32,000 nucleotides of DNA from Neisseria iguanae (GCF_003013245.1 NZ_PXYY01000001.1:31473-63472), one strand, 5' to 3'. Shown: positions 1-7,563, counted from the stretch's first letter. Numbers and translations are program-made. Notes: a model not told the origin generated them from the sequence alone.

Positions 1-674
1 ATATGCGTGCCGCTCAAACCGGACGGATGCGGGCCGTTGAATTCGTGCACGACAATATTGGTCGCACTTGCAGACGGCACATTGGCACCGGCTGCTTTAC
101 ACACATGCACAGTGCGTTCGGTCAATCGACTCAACACGCGCAGGCCGTTAATGAAGTCAGCAGCTTTTTCGGTAATGATGACGGCCGGATCGGCAGCCAG
201 CGGATTGGTATCCATGGCATTGACGAAAATGGCAGCAGGATTGGCGTCGACCTCAGGCGTTTTGCTGAACGGGCGAGTGCGCAAGGCAGTCCACAAACCC
301 GATTGAATCAGATTGGCACGCACTTGCTCGCTGCTTAAATCCGGTAAGGCTTCGGCAGGATATTGCTCAAACGTGATTTCGTCGTTGCCGGTAACGGCAA
401 TCACCACGGATTGTAAGACGCGTTTTTCGCCACGGTTGATAGCCGTGACGGTGCCTGAAGCCGGAGCGGTAAACACCATACCCGGATTTTTCTTGTCTTC
501 AAACAATACTTGGCCTTTTTTGACGACATCGCCTTCCTTGACTTTCATCGAGGGGCGCATGCCGACATATTCTTCGCCAAGCAACGCGACTTCGGTAATG
601 GCCGGGCCATCATAGATGGTTTGTTCCGGTCGGCCTGCAATAGGCAGGTCCAAGCCTTTTTTTATCTTAATCAT
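1..674 (-). CDS. nqrA: Na+-translocating NADH:quinone oxidoreductase subunit A, N-terminal part; the gene continues past the left edge of the window
   Basis: Absent from the ORF track because it runs off the edge. The reverse complement from ATG at 674-672 reads [94 protein letters not shown]... and stays open to position 1. This is the characteristic NqrA N-terminus. The + strand ORFs at 3-615 are Arg/Cys-rich antisense artefacts. Confidence 0.9.
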   Translation of the reverse strand, partial: MIKIKKGLDLPIAGRPEQTIYDGPAITEVALLGEEYVGMRPSMKVKEGDVVKKGQVLFEDKKNPGMVFTAPASGTVTAINRGEKRVLQSVVIAVTGNDEITFEQYPAEALPDLSSEQVRANLIQSGLWTALRTRPFSKTPEVDANPAAIFVNAMDTNPLAADPAVIITEKAADFINGLRVLSRLTERTVHVCKAAGANVPSASATNIVVHEFNGPHPSGLSGTH

Positions 675-1127
675 AGAGATGCGTTACTTCTTACTAGGTT
701 AAAAAACTGGCAAGCCGATGGCGTCGAGTACGGCCAGCGACGTCGGTATTTTTGATGGCGGCAAATTTTCTTCAAAACCAAATAAATCTAAAAATGGTAT
801 GGTAAGGTGGTTGGCAATTAATCGTTGTTTTTATTGTCGAATAAAAGATTAACACTGGCTCAGGCCATCTGAAAATCGGTTTTGGAGAAAGAGCAGGCTC
901 AAAATATCCAAATGGAAGAATAAATAAAATCTTTGGAATTTTAACAGGAATAGACGGATTTTTGTCACATTCCGGCAGATTTTTTCACGTATAAAGCTAA
1001 TTTAGTAAGCCATAATAACTAATAAATTATGATACAAAAATAATATCTTAAAGAAATAATAAGGCTTAAAAATACCCAAGGCCGTCGGAAAAGGATGGGC
1101 AGGTTCTTGAAGCAGGCCGGGAAAAAT

Positions 1128-2020
1128 ATGGCTAAAATTAAGCTGTTCGTCCAATCAAATCGGAGAATCATCATAGCAAAAAATACGCTGTTGAATCATG
1201 GCAAATTAGGCATAGGAACATGGTATCTCGGCGACAACGCTTCGATGCATCAAGAAGAAATTGCCGCATTGCGTTATGGCTTGGAACGGGGGTATCGATT
1301 ATCGATACGGCTGAAATGTGCGGCAACGGTCGTTCGGAAAATCTCGTTGGTGAAGCCATTCAGCCTTTTATCTGCGACAGTATTTACCTGATTTCCAAAG
1401 TGTTGCCAGGCAATGCCAACAGCCACAACCTTGAATGCAGCTTGGATGTTTCGTTGTACCGGTTGCAGACTGGCTATCTGGATATGTATCTGTATCATTG
1501 GCGTGGTGCGACGTCTTTGCCCGAAACGGTTGAATTGATGGAAAAGATGGTGCAGAAAGGGAAAATCAAAGCATGGGGCGTATCGAACTTTGATTTTGAA
1601 GACATGCATGAATTGCATGATGGGGGCGGCACGAATTGCGAAACCAATGAAGTATTGTATTATTTGGAATCGCGCGGTATCGAATTTGTTTTGGAGCCGT
1701 GGCAGGATGCCAACAGTATTTCAACCATTGCGTATTGTCCGCTGGCGCAGGCCGGTGAATTGCAGGACGATTTGCTGCATCATCCCGAGATGCGTCAAAT
1801 AGCGGACGAACTCAATATCAGCGTGTACCAGGTGCTGTTGTGTTTTACCTTGGCGCAACAAAACATGGTATCGATTCCGCGAACCGGCAAAACGGCGCAC
1901 ATGAAAGAATTGGCAGATTGCTTGGATATCCGTTTGCCGGCCGGACAATATGCGGCTTTGGATGAAGCCTTTCCCGCACTGCAACGGCATGTGCCTTTGG
2001 ATATTTCAAAGGGTCGGTGA
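1128..2020 (+). pseudogene. Aldo/keto reductase interrupted by a 1-nt frameshift in a G5 tract (or a sequencing error)
   Basis: Frame A (1095/1128-1391) gives ...GKLGIGTWYLGDNASMHQEEIAALRYGLERG. Frame B (1220-2020) continues ...VSIIDTAEMCGNGRSENLVGEAI... through a full AKR body. The two join if GGGGG at 1288-1292 were G6. The start codon is uncertain (ATG 1128 or 1095). Confidence 0.75.
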
Positions 2021-2024
2021 CTGA

Positions 2025-2316
2025 TATGGCGCAACAGACGGCTTCCAAGCCAAACCTGGTTCAATGCTGGGGAATTATACCGCTGGAGACTGACAAGATA
2101 CTATAGCAGAAGGGTTTGCCGGCACGCATAATTTTCTCGGTAGTCAGAATATAGGGGGTTTATGGTGATAAAGGAAATGCCACACGCGATAACGGAAAGA
2201 TAGCTGATATAGCCGCCGAAGTTATTACCGTTGTTGCTATTCCGGTAGCAGCACCATTTGCTATTTCGGATATAATTTCTTCCGATATATTTCAAGCCAT
2301 CATTCAGATGAGGTAA
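2025..2316 (+). pseudogene. Decayed 3' remnant of a larger protein-coding gene, family not identified
   Basis: My own translation gives YGATDGFQAKPGSMLGNYTAGD, then TGA at 2091, then QDTIAEGFAGTHNFLGSQNIGG in the same frame. A +1 shift at GGGGG (2154-2158) leads to GVYGDKGNATRDNGKIADIAAEVITVVAIPVAAPFAISDIISSDIFQAIIQMR, ending at TAA 2314-2316. There is no start codon. The sequence is protein-like but broken twice. Confidence 0.3.
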
Positions 2317-2419
2317 TCATGAAAAATGTAATTTTATATTTTTTGGCCGTTTTGCTATCCAAGTGTTTGCGGTAGATGTTTTAGTCCAATGACCGTTGTA
2401 CCTTAGTAAGGCGGGCTGA

Positions 2420-2647
2420 CATTTTCATGTTGAGTCATATATCAAAGATGTAAGTAATGAACAGCGGATTATAGATATAAAATATTGTCTAGGTGTGGAT
2501 GCGGAAGGAATACCAGACAGGAATGGGAATATATTTAATTTTATTAGAGATAAATATAATGATTCTGCTTATGGCCATAAAAGAGTTAGAATGTTCGATA
2601 AATGTATGATGGAAGGAAAAAGCTATGAGTATAAAGGCAATACGTAA
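2420..2647 (+). pseudogene. Open frame of 75 codons without a start codon, in an AT-rich block; probable gene fragment
   Basis: It reads HFHVESYIKDVSNEQRIIDIKYCLGVDAEGIPDRNGNIFNFIRDKYNDSAYGHKRVRMFDKCMMEGKSYEYKGNT, then stops. A TGA at 2417-2419 lies directly upstream, and no ATG/GTG/TTG start occurs before the internal Met. It is missing from the ORF track because it lacks an initiator. Confidence 0.25.
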
Positions 2648-2662
2648 ATTTGCTATTCTTGC

Positions 2663-2671
2663 TGGTATAAT
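2663..2671 (+). promoter_or_regulatory. Orphan extended -10 element TGGTATAAT
   Basis: Exact TGnTATAAT consensus. Only a 22-codon ORF (MNDMMKCMILSDSIEKQSKKAV) follows before the DUS at 2783-2794. Confidence 0.3.
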
Positions 2672-2876
2672 CAAATTATAAGTTTTAAGCTGACACAGAT
2701 TTTTGAACGGTCTCTTTGCTGACAATGAACGACATGATGAAATGCATGATTTTATCGGATAGTATTGAGAAACAAAGCAAAAAGGCCGTCTGAAACATGA
2801 ACTTCTCTCCAAAAAGTAGGACCTCCCAGCCCACTAAACAAGGAGCAGTTTTTCATAACCAAATTCACAAACCCAT

Positions 2877-3155
2877 TTAAAATCCAAGCTCTGACACGCC
2901 ACCGACACAGCTCATCCACAGCCACAGGCGTATCACGCACCTGCCAAAGCGCGGCTGCCGATGAAACAGATCGCCAAGCCATACCGACAGCACAAAGACC
3001 GATACGGCTGCCGCCGCATTTGCGCCATCCCGAACCGCCGCATCCGTCTTTCCGAAAAAAGCCGCCAGAAAGCTGATGGGGGAAATGGGTATGCAGGCAA
3101 AAATCAGGCAGGGCAAAGACTGCCGAAAAGCGGTTGCCAGCACGGTCAGCGGCAA
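2877..3155 (-). CDS. Hypothetical small membrane protein, very uncertain; TTG start
   Basis: This is the only one of six overlapping frames in the GC-rich block with a hydrophobic, membrane-like translation (LPLTVLATAFRQSLPCLIFACIPISPISFLAAFFGK...AAAAVSVFVLSVWLGDLF). I see no RBS and recognise no family. Confidence 0.15.
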   Translation of the reverse strand: MPLTVLATAFRQSLPCLIFACIPISPISFLAAFFGKTDAAVRDGANAAAAVSVFVLSVWLGDLFHRQPRFGRCVIRLWLWMSCVGGVSELGF

Positions 3156-3676
3156 CCCGTCCGACCGCAGCTTTGCGGCAAAAGCTGGCCGGGTTTAGCG
3201 GCACCTATCCCCGGTATCGGATGTGTATAACGGCGCGAAACAGTCGTATACGCCCTGCCGACAACCGAACGGTAATTGGTCACGGAGATGATGGACAGGC
3301 CGGATGCCTGAACATAAACCGCTGTTTGATTCGGATCGGGGGTTGCCGTACCGTCCGAAGGCATTTCGGGCGAAGCTGCCGGCGTATGCCAGGCAAAGAC
3401 AATGGCGGAGACAGTACGCCGATGGAGGGCTTCTTTGCGGTTATTGGAGACGGGGTGCTTTTTTCTGCGGGTGTTTAAGGGTACCGATGACTTGATAGCG
3501 GATATTCATGAGGGTATCCGTTATTACAATCACGACAGGAGCAAGTTGAAATGAAAAGGACCGGGTTCTGTGGCATACGGGATTCAGTCCCTGGTGGCAG
3601 TTGAATGTAAATTTGTCTGAGATTTGGGGCGGTTCATGCTTTCAGACGGCCTTCTTGATAAAGAGAATGGATTGGA

Positions 3677-3943
3677 TCAATGTGACAAGCGTCTTTCTTG
3701 TGCCAAAATCTGTTCGGCATAATTGCAGCTTGCCGTTAAGCCCAAACCGTTTTTCTCGGCCTCCTGAATGGCGGCGTTGACCAAATGGCGTGCCAAACCT
3801 TTACCTCGATGTTGCGGCTCGATGTGGGTATGGGTGATGTCGAGTGAATTGCCGATGATGCGGTAATCCAATTCGCCGGTAATTTCTTCATCGGCCAATA
3901 AGATAAACCGTTGCGAATCGGTTTGGTGCTGGATAACCGGCAT
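3677..3943 (-). CDS. Small GNAT-family N-acetyltransferase (YjdJ-like, single-domain, 88 aa)
   Basis: ORF-track protein with ...ITHTHIEPQHRGKGLARHLVNAAIQEAEKNGLGLTASCNYAEQ..., which is the acetyl-CoA binding Q/RxxGxG/A motif. Strong RBS AAGGAGAGAGTC precedes the ATG. Confidence 0.75.
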   Translation of the reverse strand: MPVIQHQTDSQRFILLADEEITGELDYRIIGNSLDITHTHIEPQHRGKGLARHLVNAAIQEAEKNGLGLTASCNYAEQILAQERRLSH

Positions 3944-4035
3944 GACTCTCTCCTTAATTTTTATCTAAAATTTGAAATCGGTGTGTTGCCGTTCAACCAG
4001 TATAAAAGATTTGTGGTAATGCGTAAGAAAAAATT

Positions 4036-4085
4036 AGGACGTCTGAAACCTTCAAGCTTTTCACGGCAAAGTGTTCAGACGGCCT
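4036..4085 (-). terminator. Inverted DUS pair downstream of ribBA
   Basis: AGGACGTCTGAA (4036-4047, one mismatch) and TTCAGACGGCCT (4074-4085) can pair. The site is 23 nt beyond the ribBA stop codon (4108-4110). Confidence 0.5.
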
Positions 4086-4107
4086 TATTATTTGAAAAAT
4101 TAGAAAT

Positions 4108-5199
4108 TTACTGGTTTCCTGCTTCTTCGAATCCGACCACTTCCAAGCCGAAGCCGGTCAGACCGGTGAAGGCGGATGGCTTGCCCAGCACACGCAGTTT
4201 GTTGACGTTGAGATTGGCCAAGATTTGCGCGCCGATACCGTAGCTTTTGCTGTCCCATTTAAAGGTTTGGTTTGCGCTTTTGGGTAAGGTACGGTCAAGC
4301 AAAGATGCGCCATCTTCCGTACGGTGCATTAAAATCACCACACCGCTTTCGGCTTGTTGGATGCGGGCTAAGGCTTGCGGCAGCGACCATGAATGGCGCG
4401 GATTTGGGGAAATAAAATCCATCGCACTGAATGGCTCGTGTACGCGCACCAAGGTTTCATTTTTGGCAGCCGGTGTGCCTTTTACCAAGGCTAAATGGGT
4501 TTCGCCAGTTAATTTATCGACGTAAACGTGTTGTTGGAACGTGCCCCAAGGTGTGTATACCGGCGAATCCCCCATTTCTTCCAACAGGCTTTCGGTGCGG
4601 CTGCGGTATTCGATTAAGTCGGTTATGGTGCCGATTTTCAGACCGTGTTCTTCGGCAAATTTCATCAATTCCGGCATGCGGGCCATGGCCCCGTCGTCGT
4701 TGATGATTTCGCAAATCACTGCTGCCGGAATCAGGCCGCACATTTGCGCCAAATCGACACCGGCTTCGGTGTGGCCGGTGCGAGCCAATACGCCGCCTTT
4801 TTGCGCGCGCAGGGGGAAAATATGGCCGGGCTGTACGATGTCTTCAGGTTTGGCGGTAGGTGATACGGCGGTTTGAATGGTTAAGGCGCGATCGGCGGCG
4901 GAAATACCGGTCGCGATGCCGTTGGCCGCTTCGATGGAAACGGTAAAATTAGTGCCGTATTGCGCGCCGTTTTTCTGTGTCATCATCGGCAAGCCCAGTT
5001 TTTCGACCATTTCTTCGGCCATCGGAAGGCAAACCAAACCACGGGCATGCTTAATCATAAAGTTAATGGCTTCGGGGGTTACAAATTGCGCGGCCATTAA
5101 CAGGTCGCCTTCGTTTTCCCGGTCTTCAGCATCGGTGATGATGACCATCTTACCGGCTTTGATGTCGGCTAAAATTTCTGGAATGGTGGCAATATTCAT
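4108..5199 (-). CDS. ribBA: 3,4-dihydroxy-2-butanone-4-phosphate synthase fused to a GTP-cyclohydrolase-II-like C-terminal domain that lacks the zinc cysteines
   Basis: From internal ATG 5199: MNIATIPEILADIKAGKMVIITDAEDRENEGDLLMAAQFVTPEAINFMIKHARGLVCLPM..., a canonical RibB. The C-terminal half is ...LVRVHEPFSAMDFISPNPRHSW... in place of the RVHSECLTGD...RCDCG motif. An AAGAGAG Shine-Dalgarno-like element lies 6 nt upstream of ATG 5199. Confidence 0.9.
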   Translation of the reverse strand: MNIATIPEILADIKAGKMVIITDAEDRENEGDLLMAAQFVTPEAINFMIKHARGLVCLPMAEEMVEKLGLPMMTQKNGAQYGTNFTVSIEAANGIATGISAADRALTIQTAVSPTAKPEDIVQPGHIFPLRAQKGGVLARTGHTEAGVDLAQMCGLIPAAVICEIINDDGAMARMPELMKFAEEHGLKIGTITDLIEYRSRTESLLEEMGDSPVYTPWGTFQQHVYVDKLTGETHLALVKGTPAAKNETLVRVHEPFSAMDFISPNPRHSWSLPQALARIQQAESGVVILMHRTEDGASLLDRTLPKSANQTFKWDSKSYGIGAQILANLNVNKLRVLGKPSAFTGLTGFGLEVVGFEEAGNQ

Positions 5200-5442
5200 G
5201 GCTTTGCTCTCTTTGGAATCGGATGGGGTGGGTGTGTGTATAGTGTCGAGCCACATTTCGGGCATGGCGGCATCGCGCTCTATTTTCCGGGCTTTTTTTT
5301 CGCCGAATGATTTGTTTTTCAATAAAGCGGAGAGTTCGCCCTGATTAATGCCGGTTGCTGCAACAAATCGGGTTTGCTGGCCGCCGCATTGACGGTTAAT
5401 CCATAGTCGCAGATTGTGGCGGCGCAATTCGGTAATAGTCAT
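5200..5442 (-). CDS. Cro/CI (phage-repressor-type) HTH domain coding segment, in frame with ribBA and with no intervening stop codon
   Basis: From ATG 5442: MTITELRRHNLRLWINRQCGGQQTRFVAATGINQGELSALLKNKSFGEKKARKIERDAAMPEMWLDTIHTPTPSDSKESKA, reading straight into MNIATIP... The FGEKxARKIE...WLD signature is typical of CI-type repressor N-domains. The ORF-track start at 5493 is a TTG further upstream. Confidence 0.55.
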
Positions 5443-5471
5443 GGTGTGCCCTGTGTGTGAGAACGTAATCG

Positions 5472-5500
5472 ATTGTAGTCCTAACTTTACCAAAAAGCAA
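5472..5500 (-). promoter_or_regulatory. Sigma70 promoter TTGCTT-17 nt-TACAAT driving the HTH-ribBA ORF
   Basis: The minus strand reads TTGCTT (5500-5495), a 17-nt spacer, then TACAAT (5477-5472). The predicted leader to ATG 5442 is only about 20-25 nt. Confidence 0.55.
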
Positions 5501-5508
5501 ATTTGGTA
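5488..5508. promoter_or_regulatory. Palindrome TACCAAA-N7-TTTGGTA overlapping the -35 box; candidate operator
   Basis: Perfect 7-bp arms (5488-5494 and 5502-5508) centred on the -35 hexamer of the promoter above. Confidence 0.35.
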
Positions 5509-5523
5509 ATGTAGATAATTTAT

Positions 5524-5539
5524 ATTACTTTATAGTAAT
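5524..5539. promoter_or_regulatory. Palindrome ATTACT-N4-AGTAAT; second candidate operator
   Basis: Perfect 6-bp arms. An extra AGTAAT half-site follows at 5545-5550. Confidence 0.3.
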
Positions 5540-5669
5540 TTTTTAGTAATAAAGACAGGGCCGTCTGAAACGTAAAATAGGGTTTTCAGGCGGCCTTTTT
5601 CATTGAAATTCCATTAAAAGCAGCCATATTATCAATTAGTTTCATTATAAATATTTTAAGGTTGATACG

Positions 5670-6269
5670 ATGAAGATATTTTTTCGCTGGCTGCTGGTAT
5701 TGTTGCTGTCCGCAGCTGCGGCGGCAGGCAGTTTTTATCATGAACGGGCCGCGCAAGAGCGGGCAGAAGCGCTGTCGCGCGAAAGGGTGTTGATGCAAAT
5801 CAAACAGCTTAACCGTTTGGAAAGCACGGTGTTTTATATTGATACCATTATCCGCACTGAGAAAAAAGGTGACTGGCGCAAATTATGGCAGGATGCGCAA
5901 ATCGGTTTGTTTATTGTGCGCGGTAAAGTGTTGGCCGGTGTTGATTTAGACAAAATCACGACAAATAATGTAAATATCATTGATGAAAAAGTCATCATCA
6001 GCCTGCCGGAAGTGGAAATTCTCAGCGTGGATTTGGAAGAGATTGAAGTTTACGATATCCAAACTGGTTCGCTGAATATATTGCCGATAGATAAAACGGT
6101 CTTTAAAACCGTGCAGGAAAAGGCTCGCGAGCAAGTGCTGACTGGCGCGTGTAAAGCGGATATTTTGAAAAATGCCACTACGCAGGCGCAAAGACAGTTG
6201 GAAGATTTATTCAGGCTGACGCAAACGCAGGTGTCGATTTATCCTGCTGCTGTGCCGGTTTGTGATTGA
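5670..6269 (+). CDS. DUF4230-like exported or membrane-anchored protein
   Basis: N-terminal signal/anchor MKIFFRWLLVLLLSAAAAAGS, then ...LFIVRGKVLAGVDLDKI...VIISLPEVEILSVDLE..., the pattern I associate with DUF4230. RBS AAGG. Confidence 0.6.
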   Translation: MKIFFRWLLVLLLSAAAAAGSFYHERAAQERAEALSRERVLMQIKQLNRLESTVFYIDTIIRTEKKGDWRKLWQDAQIGLFIVRGKVLAGVDLDKITTNNVNIIDEKVIISLPEVEILSVDLEEIEVYDIQTGSLNILPIDKTVFKTVQEKAREQVLTGACKADILKNATTQAQRQLEDLFRLTQTQVSIYPAAVPVCD

Positions 6270-6280
6270 AGCATGAAATA

Positions 6281-6324
6281 CCCAAAAGGCAGTCTGAAAA
6301 ATATTTTTCAGACTGCCTTTTGGG
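6281..6324. terminator. Perfect 44-bp palindrome carrying variant DUS AGGCAGTCTGAA; bidirectional terminator between DUF4230 and uraA
   Basis: CCCAAAAGGCAGTCTGAAAAAT followed by ATTTTTCAGACTGCCTTTTGGG, giving 22-bp perfect arms with no loop spacer. It lies between two convergent stop codons (6269 and 6337). Confidence 0.7.
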
Positions 6325-6336
6325 TATGGAGATGAT

Positions 6337-7563
6337 TTATCCGGCAGAAGTGGAAGGCTCTTCCGGTGTCGGTAAAATCCAGTTTAGTAAAATTGCCAAA
6401 ATCGCGCACAAGCCCACACCGGCAAAGCTCAACGTGCCGAACTTGATAATCATGCCGCCCACGCCGGTGGTTAAAACCGCGCTGACGATGACTAAGTTTT
6501 TCGGCTGCATTAAATCGACTTTGGCATCAATCAGCGTTTTTAAGCCCAATGAAGTAATGGTCCCGAACAGTAAGATCATGATGCCGCCCATCACTGGTAA
6601 AGGAACTGATGCCAAAAACGCATTGAATTTGCCGAAAAAGGCCATACAAATCGCAAAAATAGCTGCCCATGTCATGATTTTCGGGTTGCTGTTCTTAGTA
6701 ATCATTACCGCGCCGGTCACTTCACCGTAAGTGGTGACAGGCGGGCCGCCGATTAAGCCGGCCACGCATACACCTAAGCCGTCACCGGCAAGGGTTTTGT
6801 CCAAGCCCGGGTCTTTGGCGTAATCTTTACCGGTAACGTTGCCAATGGCCATAATGCCGCCGATGTGTTCGATGGCGGGGGCAATGGCGACCGGCAACAT
6901 AAATAAAGCTGCCTGCCAGTTGACTTCGGGTGTTTCAAAATACGGCACGGCAAACCAAGGCGAGGCGGCAATCGGTGCGGTATCGACCAATCCCATGATG
7001 AGCGCTAATATATAACCTGAGGCCACGCCGATTAAAATCGGAATCAGTTTCATCATTTTGCTGCCGAATACCGACACAACCACAGTCACGGAAAAGGTGA
7101 AGCCGGCCAAAATCAATGAGTCATCGTATTCGATAATTTGCCGGCCGCCCGATTGGCCCATGGCCATCTGGCTGGCGGCGGCAGCCACCGATAAACCGAT
7201 GACCATAATCACCGGGCCAATGACCACGGGCGGCAATAATCTGTGTACTGCTTCCAAACTTTGCCACCGAATCAGTGCGGCAAAAATAAAATACATAAAA
7301 CCGGCGGCAAACAAGCCGAACATGGTCGATGGCAGCCCCCATTCGCTGATAGAATAAATAATCGGTGCGATAAAGGCAAACGAAGAACCTAAGAAAATCG
7401 GCACTTTACGTTTAGTGAGCAATTGAAACAAAAGCGTGCCGATACCTGCACCGAGTAAGGCTAATGCAGGATTCAAGCCGGTAAGCAGGGGGACGAGCAC
7501 CATCGCGCCGAATGCGACAAATAAAATCTGCGCGCCGGAGATGGCAAGTTTGAGTTGTTGCAT
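6337..7563 (-). CDS. uraA: Uracil permease (NCS2 family)
   Basis: MQQLKLAISGAQILFVAFGAMVLVPLLTG... followed by a 12-TM-like body typical of UraA/PyrP. I take ATG 7563 as the start. The ORF-track start at 7641 adds 26 non-conserved residues. Confidence 0.85.
   Translation of the reverse strand: MQQLKLAISGAQILFVAFGAMVLVPLLTGLNPALALLGAGIGTLLFQLLTKRKVPIFLGSSFAFIAPIIYSISEWGLPSTMFGLFAAGFMYFIFAALIRWQSLEAVHRLLPPVVIGPVIMVIGLSVAAAASQMAMGQSGGRQIIEYDDSLILAGFTFSVTVVVSVFGSKMMKLIPILIGVASGYILALIMGLVDTAPIAASPWFAVPYFETPEVNWQAALFMLPVAIAPAIEHIGGIMAIGNVTGKDYAKDPGLDKTLAGDGLGVCVAGLIGGPPVTTYGEVTGAVMITKNSNPKIMTWAAIFAICMAFFGKFNAFLASVPLPVMGGIMILLFGTITSLGLKTLIDAKVDLMQPKNLVIVSAVLTTGVGGMIIKFGTLSFAGVGLCAILAILLNWILPTPEEPSTSAG

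Noticed and set aside
3-755. Four overlapping plus-strand ORFs at the left edge
   Set aside because: They are shadows of nqrA on the minus strand, whose translation is unmistakable.
718-852. 44-codon plus-strand ORF in the nqrA upstream region (MASSTASDVGIFDGGKFSSKPNKSKNGMVRWLAINRCFYCRIKD)
   Set aside because: It is short, has no RBS and lies within what is more likely the long nqr promoter and leader region. There is nothing to support translation.
2101-2295. 64-aa Cys/Asn-rich minus-strand ORF (possible bacteriocin-like peptide)
   Set aside because: The opposite strand gives a more protein-like reading (…AEVITVVAIPVAAPFAISDIISSDIFQAIIQMR) that ends just before an RBS and ATG. The minus-strand ORF is more likely its shadow.
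3560-3600. tRNA-like T-arm (GGGATTCAGTCCC) and other possible tRNA, rRNA or tmRNA signals
   Set aside because: The stem and loop lengths are wrong for a T-arm. There is no acceptor or anticodon context. No GGTTCGAATCC-type motif occurs in any intergenic region.
5443-5669. FMN (RFN) riboswitch expected upstream of a ribB-type gene
   Set aside because: The predicted promoter leaves only about 20-25 nt of leader. I see none of the conserved RFN core segments. The region is AT-rich, with only a DUS hairpin.
6266-6730. 154-aa plus-strand ORF
   Set aside because: It is the mirror frame of the uraA C-terminal transmembrane region. It begins inside the 44-bp palindromic terminator.
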